From positions 1 through 55,412 of IMG/VR virus record IMGVR_UViG_3300025000_000128: a stretch of DNA of 55,412 nt; one strand, given 5' to 3'. The notes under the pieces are model-generated. The model did no database searches. It was given only the letters and a program-made list of their open reading frames with translations, and was not told the DNA's origin. Every line of letters begins with the position of its first letter. Position 1 is the first letter of the stretch. This DNA is from a virus. Its lineage: Duplodnaviria > Caudoviricetes. Of this stretch, positions 21,621-31,631 are shown one piece after another. The translations under genes were made by a program, and so were the position numbers.

Positions 21621-21751
21621 GGTTATATTCTTTAATAATCTTTTCTTTATAAATCCTGAAGATAAAAATAAAATACATTGACAATATTATAAAAATTATG
21701 CTATATTTTAAAAGTAAATCAAAATACATAAAAGAAAGAAGGCGCACCCTC

Positions 21752-22078
21752 ATGAAAAAATTAATTCCAATCCTCTCAGTCCTTACCCTTTCCCTCACTC
21801 TCCTTACATCCTCTATCCTAACAACTTCCGCTTCTCCTTCAATCATCCCTGGCTCAGATACCTCATACACAATGATAGCACTCGCCACCCACAGCACCTA
21901 CAATCCATCAGAATCCTGTTACCACACAACTCTAACAAATGAAAATGGCGATGCCTTTATAGTTCTTACAATCGACAATGTTATAAACAAATGGTTTGAA
22001 TGCTCAGTCGATTCAAATAATACACCGGAAATTATTACAGATGATAAAATAATTGATTTAGGATTGCTAGAGGACTGA
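21752..22078 (+). CDS. putative secreted protein
   Basis: signal peptide MKKLIPILSVLTLSLTLLTSSILTTSA; promoter TTGACA at 21678. Confidence 0.7.
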   Translation: MKKLIPILSVLTLSLTLLTSSILTTSASPSIIPGSDTSYTMIALATHSTYNPSESCYHTTLTNENGDAFIVLTIDNVINKWFECSVDSNNTPEIITDDKIIDLGLLED

Positions 22079-22113
22079 ATACTAAAATAAAATATTTGTT
22101 TGTAAAAACTATT

Positions 22114-22147
22114 AACCTATGCTATATTAATGGCATAGGTTTTTTAT
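22114..22147 (+). terminator. intrinsic terminator
   Basis: AACCTATGC..GCATAGGTT then T run. Confidence 0.75.
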
Positions 22148-22192
22148 TGTCTCAAATCAAATTAAATTATCAGAAAGAAGGTAAAAATACAT

Positions 22193-22747
22193 ATGGTCAA
22201 ATTAACTGAGCTTAAGCGCATGATCAAACAAAACTCTTTACGTCCTGCATTTTACTCCGAAGGACTAATAAACGTAATTTTCCACTATTCACAACAGGTT
22301 ATAATCGAATTAAAACAATGCGACCAAACAAAACTATTTCACTATCTGAAAGATATAAATTATGTCGATGAGGAATATAAATTTAATGAGACTCTAGCAA
22401 TTATTGATCCTGAACTCAAAAACAAACTGGAAAAGTTAAAAGGTAAAAACTATGAGCATACTCAATGTTTAGTCGATACTGGAATACAATTTAGTCAAGC
22501 AGGAGCATGGAAAGATGCTGTAAAAACACTATACAAAGTATTTAAAACTGAAAAAGGATTAATGAAAATTAAAGATGAATTTATTTGCATGTTAAATCAA
22601 GATATCAAAAAAGGAGTTGTATTAAAAACTAATGAAGCTCACTCAATGATATTTATATATAATAATACGAATGATTGTATAGGCGTATGCATGGGAGAAA
22701 AGTTTGAAATGAGCGAACTAACAGAATATACACAATGGGAATCTTAA
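22193..22747 (+). CDS. hypothetical protein
   Basis: 184 aa, GAAGG RBS, terminator after. Confidence 0.8.
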   Translation: MVKLTELKRMIKQNSLRPAFYSEGLINVIFHYSQQVIIELKQCDQTKLFHYLKDINYVDEEYKFNETLAIIDPELKNKLEKLKGKNYEHTQCLVDTGIQFSQAGAWKDAVKTLYKVFKTEKGLMKIKDEFICMLNQDIKKGVVLKTNEAHSMIFIYNNTNDCIGVCMGEKFEMSELTEYTQWES

Positions 22748-22814
22748 GGAGCTTTGCAGCTTCTTTTTTTGCCTAAATACCAGAAAACTCTTGATTTATG
22801 GGATTGCATAAAGT

Positions 22815-22854
22815 GTAAAATAATTATTGACATTACCTAAAATAAGCGTATAAT
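22815..22854 (+). promoter_or_regulatory. early promoter overlapped by AAAATAATTATT motif
   Basis: TTGACA-16-TATAAT; near-identical to 27010-27050. Confidence 0.75.
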
Positions 22855-22860
22855 AGTAAT

Positions 22861-22976
22861 TAGATAAGTGATATGTACCGAAATGGACGCAAGGTTTTCC
22901 TCTTTGGTTGTAGTTCCTAGAGCATAGGCAATCGAATGAATTCCCTTAATCTCCTCTATGAGATATTACTTATCTA
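22861..22976 (+). ncRNA. structured leader or small RNA candidate
   Basis: 14-bp closing stem TAGATAAGTGATAT/ATATTACTTATCTA enclosing further hairpins, directly after a promoter. Confidence 0.5.
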
Positions 22977-23002
22977 AATAGAAATTTTAAGGAGTAATAC
23001 AT

Positions 23003-23191
23003 ATGAAAACAAAAATTAAGCCAACTTGTGGAACTTGCAAATTTGCACTAGAACATAGACCTAAACAGATTAAATGTTCCAATCCTCCTGAATGGATGAC
23101 TAAGGAAAAATATCCATCAACTTATGAAAGCAACTTAGAAAAAAGAATGAATTGTTTCGGATGTAATGGAGCAAGATGGGAACAAAAGTAA
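23003..23191 (+). CDS. small Cys-rich protein
   Basis: CGTC..C..CFGC; AAGGAG RBS. Confidence 0.7.
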   Translation: MKTKIKPTCGTCKFALEHRPKQIKCSNPPEWMTKEKYPSTYESNLEKRMNCFGCNGARWEQK

Positions 23192-23243
23192 AGGACTTGA
23201 AAACAGTCCTTTTTCTTTCTATTTGAAAGGAAGTGAAACAAAT

Positions 23244-23432
23244 ATGAGTGTGCCAAAATGCAAAGAATGTGAACATCATAAATATACTTCTATAATGGTA
23301 CAGAGTAGAGGAAGTGTTTCTTGTTCAAATTTAAAAGACAAACATATTTGCACAATGGATAAAATTTATTTAGAAATAAATTTAAGTGAATTTAAAACGA
23401 GTCCTAAATGGTGTAAAAAGAGACTTAATTAG
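23244..23432 (+). CDS. small Cys-rich protein
   Basis: CKEC..HIC..SPKWC; ATG at 23244 has the RBS; terminator follows. Confidence 0.7.
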   Translation: MSVPKCKECEHHKYTSIMVQSRGSVSCSNLKDKHICTMDKIYLEINLSEFKTSPKWCKKRLN

Positions 23433-23725
23433 TCTCTTTTACTTTTCTGGTACTAATTGACCATAACCTTATTAAAACCTCTCTAATGGCCTATTTTGCA
23501 GTTCTCACAGTATTCTGCAATCCTTTCTAATACCTTCATTTTAAAAGCAATTGAAGTGCCCAATTTATAGGATATGGAATTAGGGGAAAATAATTATTGA
23601 CATATAATTGTTATTCGTGGTACAATGAATAGTAGACTTATTTTATATTAATTTAAGGAGGGTAGAGGAATAAAAACTAAATATAGCTATAGTAATAAAT
23701 AAAATTATTAGGAGGTCGAATAAAT

Positions 23726-24634
23726 TTGGCATCGGTAAAACAATTAGAAGTAATAGAAAGAAAACGACAGGAAAAACTTAATAAAGAACATAAATTAATA
23801 GATGGCATAGATCATAAATTTTGTAATAAACATAATATATTCTTTCCAGAAGAATCTCCTTGGATAATAGCTACTGAGGAATATTTTTATCGTAATGATA
23901 AAAATAAAACAGATTATTTGCATCCAGAATGTAAAAGATGTGGAAGTAAAAAATCATATATAAATATAGTAGAAAATTATGATAGGTTTAAAGAAGGATT
24001 AAAAACATACAGACAAAGCGAAAAAGGCAGAAAGCAAGAAAAGGAGAAAAATATTAGACTTAAGGAGAAGGGATCACGAAAAACATGGTGGCAAGCTAAT
24101 CCTGATAAATTAAGAGGTTATAATGAAAAACATCGAAACCATGATATTCTTGAAAGTGAATGGAAAGCTAATCAGAAATATTTTAACTTTGAATGCGCTT
24201 ATTGTGGTCTTCCCATTGAAAAACATATAGTTTATAGAAATGGAAATGAAATACTTATGAGTTTCCACAAAGAACATGTGGATGATGAAGGTTATAATGA
24301 TGTTAGAAATTGTGTACCATCTTGTGGAAGCTGTAATAGTGGTAAAAGAGCAAAGACATTAGATGAATTTTTAGAAAGAGGATTTATAGATGGATTTACT
24401 GAAGAAAGATATAATAAAATAATTAAATGGATCACAGAAGATTATAAAAAATATATAATTGAGAAGCCACCATATCGAATTATTAAAAAGAAAAATGAAC
24501 ATGATAATAAATTTCATTGGAATCTATGGAGTGTGGACGAAATGAGAAATACTATTGAAGTCCTTGCTACCAGTGTTAAGAAGAAAGATTTAGATATACA
24601 TATTGAAAGATTATTTCCTGTACATAAATCATAA
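23726..24634 (+). CDS. HNH endonuclease
   Basis: CAYCG..HKEHV..NCVPSCGSCNSGK; N-terminal CNKH..ECKRC; own promoter 23597-23626. Confidence 0.85.
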   Translation: MASVKQLEVIERKRQEKLNKEHKLIDGIDHKFCNKHNIFFPEESPWIIATEEYFYRNDKNKTDYLHPECKRCGSKKSYINIVENYDRFKEGLKTYRQSEKGRKQEKEKNIRLKEKGSRKTWWQANPDKLRGYNEKHRNHDILESEWKANQKYFNFECAYCGLPIEKHIVYRNGNEILMSFHKEHVDDEGYNDVRNCVPSCGSCNSGKRAKTLDEFLERGFIDGFTEERYNKIIKWITEDYKKYIIEKPPYRIIKKKNEHDNKFHWNLWSVDEMRNTIEVLATSVKKKDLDIHIERLFPVHKS

Positions 24635-24881
24635 AATAATATAAATAAATTTTAAGAACTAAGCAATTGGTTCTTTTTCTTTTATTTTAAAATCCTCCTG
24701 CACGCTCACAGATTTCCTGTAATCGTTTATAATCTCATATCTGATATAATCCCACCACTAGCAAAACATAACCCTTTATACCTCATTAAATGTAAAAATA
24801 ATTATTTACAATATGACTATTTTTATTGAATCTGTGCTATAATATAGGAAATGATACATATTTAAAGGAGGTTTTTTTTAA

Positions 24882-26114
24882 ATGTCTGAATTTAAAATCT
24901 ACGATGTAAACATTGAAGCACTGGAGGCCAAACTTGCTAAACTCAATAAAAAGGCTGTAAAGCTGAATTGTGAACCCTTTGTGCTAAACATTCTTAGCAC
25001 TGAGACCATTCGTAACGAAGAACTTAAAACAGAAAACAAAGTCTATACCTTAGAGCTTTCTGGCACTCCTCCGCAAATCGCAAACTGGCAATTCATAGGA
25101 TCAATTGAACCACACGATAGCGCGAACTTAATTAAAACGATTGCAGGAGAAACTTATCCAGAAAACTACAGAACACACAGTAATTATTGCGAACACTGTC
25201 ATTCTACTAGAAAAAGAAAAATGCTATATCTAGTTAAAAACACTGAATCTGGTGAATACAAAGCAGTAGGCAAAACTTGCTTAAAGGATTTTACCGGACA
25301 TACAAATCCTGAAGCATACGCCAGTTTGTTGGAATTATATTTAGATTCTTCGTGGTTGGAAGAATTTGAAGGTGTTCCTGATGGATCAGGATTGCAAAGA
25401 AAATATAACCTAGAAGAATATTTATCTTATGTATCGGCATGTATCCGAGATAATGGATGGACTAGCAGAAGTAAAGCTCAAGAAGAATACAAACAAGCTA
25501 CAGCGGATTATGCAGTCGATGTTTTGACAGCATCAGAAAGCAGAAGAAAAAGATATGGATATCCTGAAACGAATGACCAGGACAGAGAATTAGCTCAAAA
25601 ATCTATAATCTGGGCTAAAGAACTTGAAGCAGAAAACGACTATCTAAACAACATTAAAATTATTGCACTGGATGAAGTTACAACTTATAAAAATATGGGA
25701 TTTGCAGCAAGTATCGTTTCAAGTTTTACCAGGCATATCGAGCGCGAAATCGAAAAAGAAATGAAAGCAACATCATCAAAACAAGAATTAATATCTGGCT
25801 ATGTCGGCAACATAGGCGAAAAGATTCAAACCGAATTAACCTATATAAATACATTCAGTTTTGAAACACAATGGGGAGATTCACACATTTATAAATTTTT
25901 GGATTCCGAAGGAAATATTTTTATCTGGAAATCATCAAAATATCTAGAAAAAGTTGTATCTGTTTATATTGAAGAAGATGAAAACAAAACAGAATACAAA
26001 CATTTTGAACCTATTCGCCAAGGTGAAAAAGTTAAAATCAAAGGAACAATAAAAGACCATAGTGAATATGCAGGAGCGAAGCAAACAATATTAACAAGGT
26101 GCAAAATAGCTTGA
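24882..26114 (+). CDS. phage protein with Zn site and C-terminal OB-fold-like domain
   Basis: CEHCHSTRKRK..VGKTCLKDF; YVGNIGEK..FIWKSS..IKGTIKDHSEYAGAKQTILTRCK. Confidence 0.7.
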   Translation: MSEFKIYDVNIEALEAKLAKLNKKAVKLNCEPFVLNILSTETIRNEELKTENKVYTLELSGTPPQIANWQFIGSIEPHDSANLIKTIAGETYPENYRTHSNYCEHCHSTRKRKMLYLVKNTESGEYKAVGKTCLKDFTGHTNPEAYASLLELYLDSSWLEEFEGVPDGSGLQRKYNLEEYLSYVSACIRDNGWTSRSKAQEEYKQATADYAVDVLTASESRRKRYGYPETNDQDRELAQKSIIWAKELEAENDYLNNIKIIALDEVTTYKNMGFAASIVSSFTRHIEREIEKEMKATSSKQELISGYVGNIGEKIQTELTYINTFSFETQWGDSHIYKFLDSEGNIFIWKSSKYLEKVVSVYIEEDENKTEYKHFEPIRQGEKVKIKGTIKDHSEYAGAKQTILTRCKIA

Positions 26115-26121
26115 AAGGATA

Positions 26122-26162
26122 AAATAGACTAGAGACCAAAAATCTATAGTCTATTTTTTTTT
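26122..26162 (+). terminator. intrinsic terminator
   Basis: AAATAGACTA..TAGTCTATTT then T run. Confidence 0.75.
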
Positions 26163-26350
26163 ATTACGCACAGAAAGCACTCTCTAAGCGTTTAGAATCT
26201 GTTACCCTATATAATTGCACTCTAACACGTTTTAAACCTGTTAAAATAAAAATATAGGCATGATGCCCATAAATGTTAAAATAATTATTGACATTATGCC
26301 ACAAATCTATATAATAATAAGTAATTACATATTAAAAAGGAGTTGGAGCA

Positions 26351-26941
26351 ATGAAGGAATTAAAGCTTGAACAATTGCAATCCAAATTCGTCGGATCAAT
26401 TGTAAAAAAGTCCAGTAAATATTATGTTACCTACCCAAATTCTACACGCGAATATGGCTATAAATGCAATTTGAAGCAATTAGCCGAAAAACTTAATATC
26501 GAAGTCGAAGAGTTTTTAGGGGATGATACAGTCTATCAGACTAAAAATAAATCTAGTTTTAACCGATATATCACAACTTTAAACAATGCCGAAAAGGAAC
26601 GCGATATACTTAGTCAAGAAAGCTTTCTTTCATTGTTACCAGAAAACATTAAAAAGGTTTATGAGTTATCACAAGAGGGGGAAAGATCAAATAGTTTTAA
26701 CAAAGTTGAAAGAAAAGTATTTGTCCTCTTTGCTAAAGTTAACCGCAGAAAAGAAACTATAGAATTGATCATAGATATAAATGAACAACTAAAAATACCA
26801 TCGACAAGTTATATCAGTTATTACAGAATTTGTACTTTCTCAAATCAATATATTAATACTGAAATGGTAAAATTCGATATAGACCAATTTATTAAAAACA
26901 AAGTCAATGAGTTTAAAAATTCCAAAATGTTTTATGAGTAA
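26351..26941 (+). CDS. hypothetical protein
   Basis: 196 aa; promoter 26288-26315; terminator AGAGCTA..TAGCTCT. Confidence 0.8.
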   Translation: MKELKLEQLQSKFVGSIVKKSSKYYVTYPNSTREYGYKCNLKQLAEKLNIEVEEFLGDDTVYQTKNKSSFNRYITTLNNAEKERDILSQESFLSLLPENIKKVYELSQEGERSNSFNKVERKVFVLFAKVNRRKETIELIIDINEQLKIPSTSYISYYRICTFSNQYINTEMVKFDIDQFIKNKVNEFKNSKMFYE

Positions 26942-27090
26942 GAGCTAACAAATAGCTCTTTTTCTTTTCCCTCATACCCATTAAAAATCCATTTTTATAG
27001 GTTAAAATAGTAAAATAATATATTGACATATTAAAAAATAAGCGTATAATTATAGATAGTTACACAACTTAATAAAGGAGTTGACCGCAA

Positions 27091-27312
27091 ATGACATACA
27101 CTGAAAAGTCTGAAAAATGGGCTAAAAAATTGGGTTATGAATCCTTTAATGCTTTATGGATGGCCTCGGAAGAGACTAGGGATTCAGATCACAATCTCTC
27201 TTATATTACTCCATATAATGGTAAATTTGTTACATATGACTATAACCTCAGAAAAAAGGATATTAAAACCTTCGATACACTAAAAGAAGCCTACCAAAGT
27301 TTATTTAACTAG
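27091..27312 (+). CDS. hypothetical protein
   Basis: own promoter 27023-27050, RBS, terminator. Confidence 0.75.
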   Translation: MTYTEKSEKWAKKLGYESFNALWMASEETRDSDHNLSYITPYNGKFVTYDYNLRKKDIKTFDTLKEAYQSLFN

Positions 27313-27360
27313 AGCAAAAACTCTAGTTTTTCTTTTAAATAAAAAGGAGTGGTATATTTT

Positions 27361-27537
27361 ATGGATAAATTGACAAACGAAGAATATGCAGTAAACAACT
27401 TTAAACAAAATTTATGGCACGAACTGGAGCCAAACTTTTTAGAATTTATACATGGGACTGTAAAAGAAGAGGATATGAAAACGGACAACGAGAAAATTAT
27501 GTTTTATAGATTGCAACAGATTTTCGAGACATTGTAG
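27361..27537 (+). CDS. hypothetical protein
   Basis: AAGGAG RBS; terminator AGAGCG-GAAA-CGCTCT at 27560. Confidence 0.65.
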   Translation: MDKLTNEEYAVNNFKQNLWHELEPNFLEFIHGTVKEEDMKTDNEKIMFYRLQQIFETL

Positions 27538-27731
27538 GAAAATGGAATAGACAAATTTTAGAGCGGAAACGCTCTTTTTTCTTTGTCCTGCTTAAGTTTT
27601 ACATTCATTACATCCAACGCCTTAAAAGTGCCTTTCTACTCCTTAAAACATAATATAATTACTATTTGACGTTTGTATATTTACTATGATATTATGTATC
27701 TATAAATAAATTTATAAGGAGTGTTTAATTA

Positions 27732-28037
27732 ATGAGAAAATTACTCAATACATTTTCAGAACTAAAGCCAAATATCTTTCAACTCATTGCACTAAATCAA
27801 AAGGGAGATTACGCCAATATAAATTTAAATACCGGAATGATTCTTTATTCTAAACGTCAAGATAACTGGCTTCCCGCCCAAAACAAAATCAGTATTCCAG
27901 AATTTGAAGAATGTATGGCTAATAATCCAAAACTATGGTTGTGTAAAGAATTTATTGTATTTAGAAATACTCATGTTGAGGTGTATAATGATTATGTTGA
28001 TAGAGTAAATAAAATGGAAATAATCTTTAAAGACTAG
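27732..28037 (+). CDS. hypothetical protein
   Basis: 101 aa, RBS, terminator AGACTAGT..ACTAGTCT. Confidence 0.75.
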   Translation: MRKLLNTFSELKPNIFQLIALNQKGDYANINLNTGMILYSKRQDNWLPAQNKISIPEFEECMANNPKLWLCKEFIVFRNTHVEVYNDYVDRVNKMEIIFKD

Positions 28038-28328
28038 TATTAACTAGTCTTTTTCTTTGTTTAAAAATAAAATTATGCCAATCATTCAACCCGATCAACT
28101 AATTTTCCCTTTTCAATCCTTCACAAACCAAAAACACTGGCACATAAACAGCCCTTCTTGCCATTAGATTGCATTACCCTTTATATTCTTACCTTAACAC
28201 GTTTTTAACGTCTCAGAATCAAAATAGGGTTAATTGTGGGCCAAAGATCCAATTATAACCTTGAATTGTTTGTAAAATCACTAAAATAAAATAGGACTTA
28301 ATAAACGCAAAAATAATTGTTTTGCCTA

Positions 28329-28357
28329 TTTACAAGTGATTCAATATCATATATACT
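28329..28357 (+). promoter_or_regulatory. sigmaA promoter in front of non-coding block
   Basis: TTTACA-17-TATACT. Confidence 0.6.
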
Positions 28358-28362
28358 AAGTG

Positions 28363-28790
28363 ACATAGAGAAGCACACGCAAACATTCTACTAAAGCTTT
28401 TCTACAGTATCAAATCGTTAAATAAAGTTCGATTAAAATTGACCTACGGTAAAAAGGAGGTTCGCCAATCACAGACATTTAACCCTCAGTCCTACATACA
28501 CCTAAAAACATTCTCTTAGGAGCATCCCTTATGTGCCACCATAATAAACCATGTAAGATTTAGCCGAAAACATCCTATTTTGACTTTGCCTCTAATAAAG
28601 GCCAGCTATACGATGTGATTAGACGAAAATCCTCTTCATTCAGTTTTATGGGTTAGGCAGGTGGATAGTGGGTTCCAATAATAGAGAAGATCATAAGCCT
28701 AGCAACAGGCGAATTCTAAAGTATAGAAATATACTTTACCCTGATAGGGTTAAAAATCTGAATTGTAGTTTATTTATAGCAAAAAGCTTG
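28363..28790 (+). ncRNA. large multi-stem ncRNA candidate, class not recognised
   Basis: long-range stems 28394-401/28782-89, 28402-07/28763-68, 28457-73/28614-34; hairpins AAAGTATA-GAAA-TATACTTT, GCCT..AGGC x2, ACCCT..AGGGT. Confidence 0.6.
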
Positions 28791-28818
28791 TATCAAATAA
28801 AATCTCTCTTTTATCTAA

Positions 28819-28978
28819 TCCTTATCCTTTCCTTAAAATATTTCGAACGTGGAGAAGTCCTCTGTGCTAGTATATTCTCTTCAAAAGCTTAATTTTGCGA
28901 ATGATGCAATTGGCAGCCAAGAAGAAATGAAAGTACAAGATAACGAAACTAATAGGAATATTTTAGAAGGGATAAGGA
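28819..28978 (+). ncRNA. rod-like structured RNA candidate
   Basis: closing stem 28819-42/28957-78 with nested internal stems. Confidence 0.5.
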
Positions 28979-28998
28979 GTAAGATAAAAACATTCTAT

Positions 28999-29123
28999 AA
29001 TCCCTTCAGTTTATTCATTATTACAATTTAATCATAACAATTGCTTTAAACTTGCATAACAAAATTAAAATGCAGGTAGTTGTAATTTAATGTTAAATTG
29101 TATAAACTTAGATTGAAGGGATT
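28999..29123 (+). other. long nested hairpin with ATAACA at the apical loop
   Basis: AATCCCTTCAGT/ATTGAAGGGATT, TACAATTTAA/TTAAATTGTA, ACTTGCAT/ATGCAGGT. Confidence 0.6.
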
Positions 29124-29204
29124 AATTTTCCGCAAAGTGTGAACTTTTATAACAATTTAAGTTTAGACCTTGGGTAAAATTTAAGAATGAAAGAGGTTAT
29201 AATT

Positions 29205-29459
29205 ATGAACATGTATGCAATTGTCAAGGTTTTTAACACTGGTAAAATGGAGATTCAACAAACCACAATTGGTACTAAGGAATTTGCAGAATCTCAAATG
29301 GAAACATGTTTGATTGCCGATGAATCTAACCTATGGAAAAAGTATATTGAAGAATCTATACATCGAAACACTAACCCCAGTGTATGGATTGAGGCTTTAG
29401 AAAAATATGAAAAACTATGTGTCGAGTACAAAATTTGTCAAATTGGAGTTATTCTCTAA
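29205..29459 (+). CDS. hypothetical protein
   Basis: AGAGG RBS before 29205. Confidence 0.7.
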   Translation: MNMYAIVKVFNTGKMEIQQTTIGTKEFAESQMETCLIADESNLWKKYIEESIHRNTNPSVWIEALEKYEKLCVEYKICQIGVIL

Positions 29460-29604
29460 CCCAATCAAAAAGACATTTTATCGTATTTTAAGACTGTATA
29501 AACATTTGATTATGCAGTCTTTCAGACTTCGAAGTTTTACTAAACTATGTACTAAATCAAAAATAATTAGTATATAGTTTAGTAAAATAAAAGGAGTGGT
29601 TATT

Positions 29605-29976
29605 ATGTTAAGCAAAAAGGAATTCGATGCATTCAGAAAAGAAGCTGAACTAGCTCTAGTGGAATTATCCAAAAAGTACAATGTCAATGTTGAGGCTGGA
29701 AAGATCAAGTATACATCAGATAGCTTTAACCTTGATTTAAAAGTCACTAAAAAGGAAGTCAATGGGAAGTCTTTTGAACAGTCTGAATTCGAGAAGTATT
29801 GTATCTTGTATGGTTTTCAGCCGGAAGATTATAACAAAACGTTTACCACTAGCGGAAGAAAGTTTAAGTTAATTGGATTTAAAACAAGTGCTAGAACAAT
29901 GCCTGTATTGGCTCAAAGTGAAGACGGTAAAAATTACAAGTTTGGCACTGATGTAAAAAGGTTATTAAGTGCTTAA
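29605..29976 (+). CDS. hypothetical protein
   Basis: AAGGAG RBS; 123 aa. Confidence 0.8.
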   Translation: MLSKKEFDAFRKEAELALVELSKKYNVNVEAGKIKYTSDSFNLDLKVTKKEVNGKSFEQSEFEKYCILYGFQPEDYNKTFTTSGRKFKLIGFKTSARTMPVLAQSEDGKNYKFGTDVKRLLSA

Positions 29977-30071
29977 CCCTTAAAGTTTTTTCGTTATTAG
30001 CAACAAAAACAAAATAACAGACATAAAAATTTGTTGCTAGTGTCGAGTAAATTAGAAGGAGTGAAGTTAAA

Positions 30072-31274
30072 ATGGCAAGAAGAAAACCAACCACAATGTC
30101 ATGGAACATCAAGCAAATTAACACCATGATCAATAAGGGAACAATCCTCTTTACTCATCCCCTTCAACGTCCTACGGGCCAATGGGAGCAAGCAGACAAA
30201 TCCTTATTAGTGGATTCTCTTTTAACCCTCTATTGTCCAGATTGTTTCGCCATCAAAGAAAAGACAGAGAATGGTAATACATACAGCATCATTGATGGCC
30301 TTCAAAGGTTGTCTACTATTCATGAACTTCTAGCAGACAAATTGACTATGACAGAATTAGAAGACTTTTGCCTAGATGCTACCGGAAATGAAGTCTATAA
30401 CATTTCAGGTAAAACATGGTCACAATTTCCCGAAGAAGTTCAAAACGAAATAATGGGTTATACTTTAGGTCTTAAAGTCTTCGAAATCGAAGAGGGAGAC
30501 GATGAAGAGTCAATCATTGAAGAAATCTTTTACCGCCTTAATAACGGTAAAGGAATGTCACTAGAGCATAAAGCACTAGTAAAAGCTAGTCATAAGGTGC
30601 AAAAATTTGTTCACAGAATCGCAACAGAACACAAACTATTTACTAACATTGCAAAGTATTCTGAAAAAGCGGTAAAGAAATCTGATATTCCAATGACCAT
30701 TATGCAAGCTATTCTCCTTATCTCAAGACTAGATTATCCTAGCCTAGCAGCAAAGGACATTGAACTGGTATTCTCGAAAAACGAAATAACAGATCAAGTC
30801 CTAACACTTGTGGAAAATTCCTTTGATCTTATTGCAAAAGCATTTCCAGAACAGCACAAATTCGTTACAAAAATAAATATTGTGTCAATGGCATATCTTT
30901 TCGCGAATAGTTTAAACCATGACCAAACGATTGTTAATCTTTTGAGATATGTTAATCAAGAGGTTAAACCAGGAGACTCCTACAAAGGATATACAGGCTC
31001 CGGTAATGTCAAGAAGGAAAAGACTATTAACAGACTTAAAGGAATTCTCAAATTGTGTAAAGTTGATGATATTGGATTACCAGTGATGGAAGAAGCTCAA
31101 GAGGTTGAAGAAGTAATTGATCAAGAGGAAATCATTGAAGAACAATGGGAACAGCCTCTACAAGCTGAAAACCTTGAATCTTCTATAACAGATGATCTTG
31201 TAGAGTTCAGCGATGAGGCAGGAAATCTAGAAGACGCTAAAGCAATTTTGAGTATTGTAAACAATGTTGCTTGA
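30072..31274 (+). CDS. DUF262 (ParB/GmrS-like) domain protein with acidic tail
   Basis: LQRPTGQW..LVDSLL..IIDGLQRLSTI..EIFYRLNNG. Confidence 0.85.
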   Translation: MARRKPTTMSWNIKQINTMINKGTILFTHPLQRPTGQWEQADKSLLVDSLLTLYCPDCFAIKEKTENGNTYSIIDGLQRLSTIHELLADKLTMTELEDFCLDATGNEVYNISGKTWSQFPEEVQNEIMGYTLGLKVFEIEEGDDEESIIEEIFYRLNNGKGMSLEHKALVKASHKVQKFVHRIATEHKLFTNIAKYSEKAVKKSDIPMTIMQAILLISRLDYPSLAAKDIELVFSKNEITDQVLTLVENSFDLIAKAFPEQHKFVTKINIVSMAYLFANSLNHDQTIVNLLRYVNQEVKPGDSYKGYTGSGNVKKEKTINRLKGILKLCKVDDIGLPVMEEAQEVEEVIDQEEIIEEQWEQPLQAENLESSITDDLVEFSDEAGNLEDAKAILSIVNNVA

Positions 31275-31376
31275 ATTGTAAAATAATTATTTAGGTAATT
31301 AACCGAAAACCTATATTAAATTTATCTCTAAAATGGTATACTATTTATAACAAATGAATGAAGGAGCGTGTTGGAA

Positions 31377-31610
31377 ATGGATCAAACAATGTATCAACAA
31401 CTATTAGCTTTAGGTATGCAGGAATCAGAATTAGATAATCATTGCTCTGATTTGTACGTTTTGAAAAATGCAATTTCCACAAAGTTCGTTAATGAATACG
31501 AGTTCAAAATGAACGTAACAACATTTAGAAGCGAACTAGAAGACAGACAAATTTGGTACGAAATACCTTTTGCTTATACAGAGTATCATACTAAAGGTAT
31601 AGTCTATTAA
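31377..31610 (+). CDS. hypothetical protein
   Basis: LDNHCSDLYV..WYEIPFAY; AAGGAG RBS. Confidence 0.75.
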   Translation: MDQTMYQQLLALGMQESELDNHCSDLYVLKNAISTKFVNEYEFKMNVTTFRSELEDRQIWYEIPFAYTEYHTKGIVY

Positions 31611-31631
31611 AACCCAACATTGATGACATTT

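Noticed and set aside
22875-22910. c-di-GMP-I riboswitch (GAAA..GGACGCAA)
   Set aside because: No P2 stem with GCAAA or downstream receptor helix.
28363-28790. group I intron or tmRNA
   Set aside because: No convincing P7 R/S pairing, no interrupted gene, no tRNA-like ends.
28668-29031. ORFs 28668-28892 and 28849-29031
   Set aside because: GTG starts with weak RBS, overlapping strongly paired RNA candidates.
30072-31274. GmrSD type IV restriction enzyme
   Set aside because: No DUF1524/HNH nuclease domain fused or adjacent.
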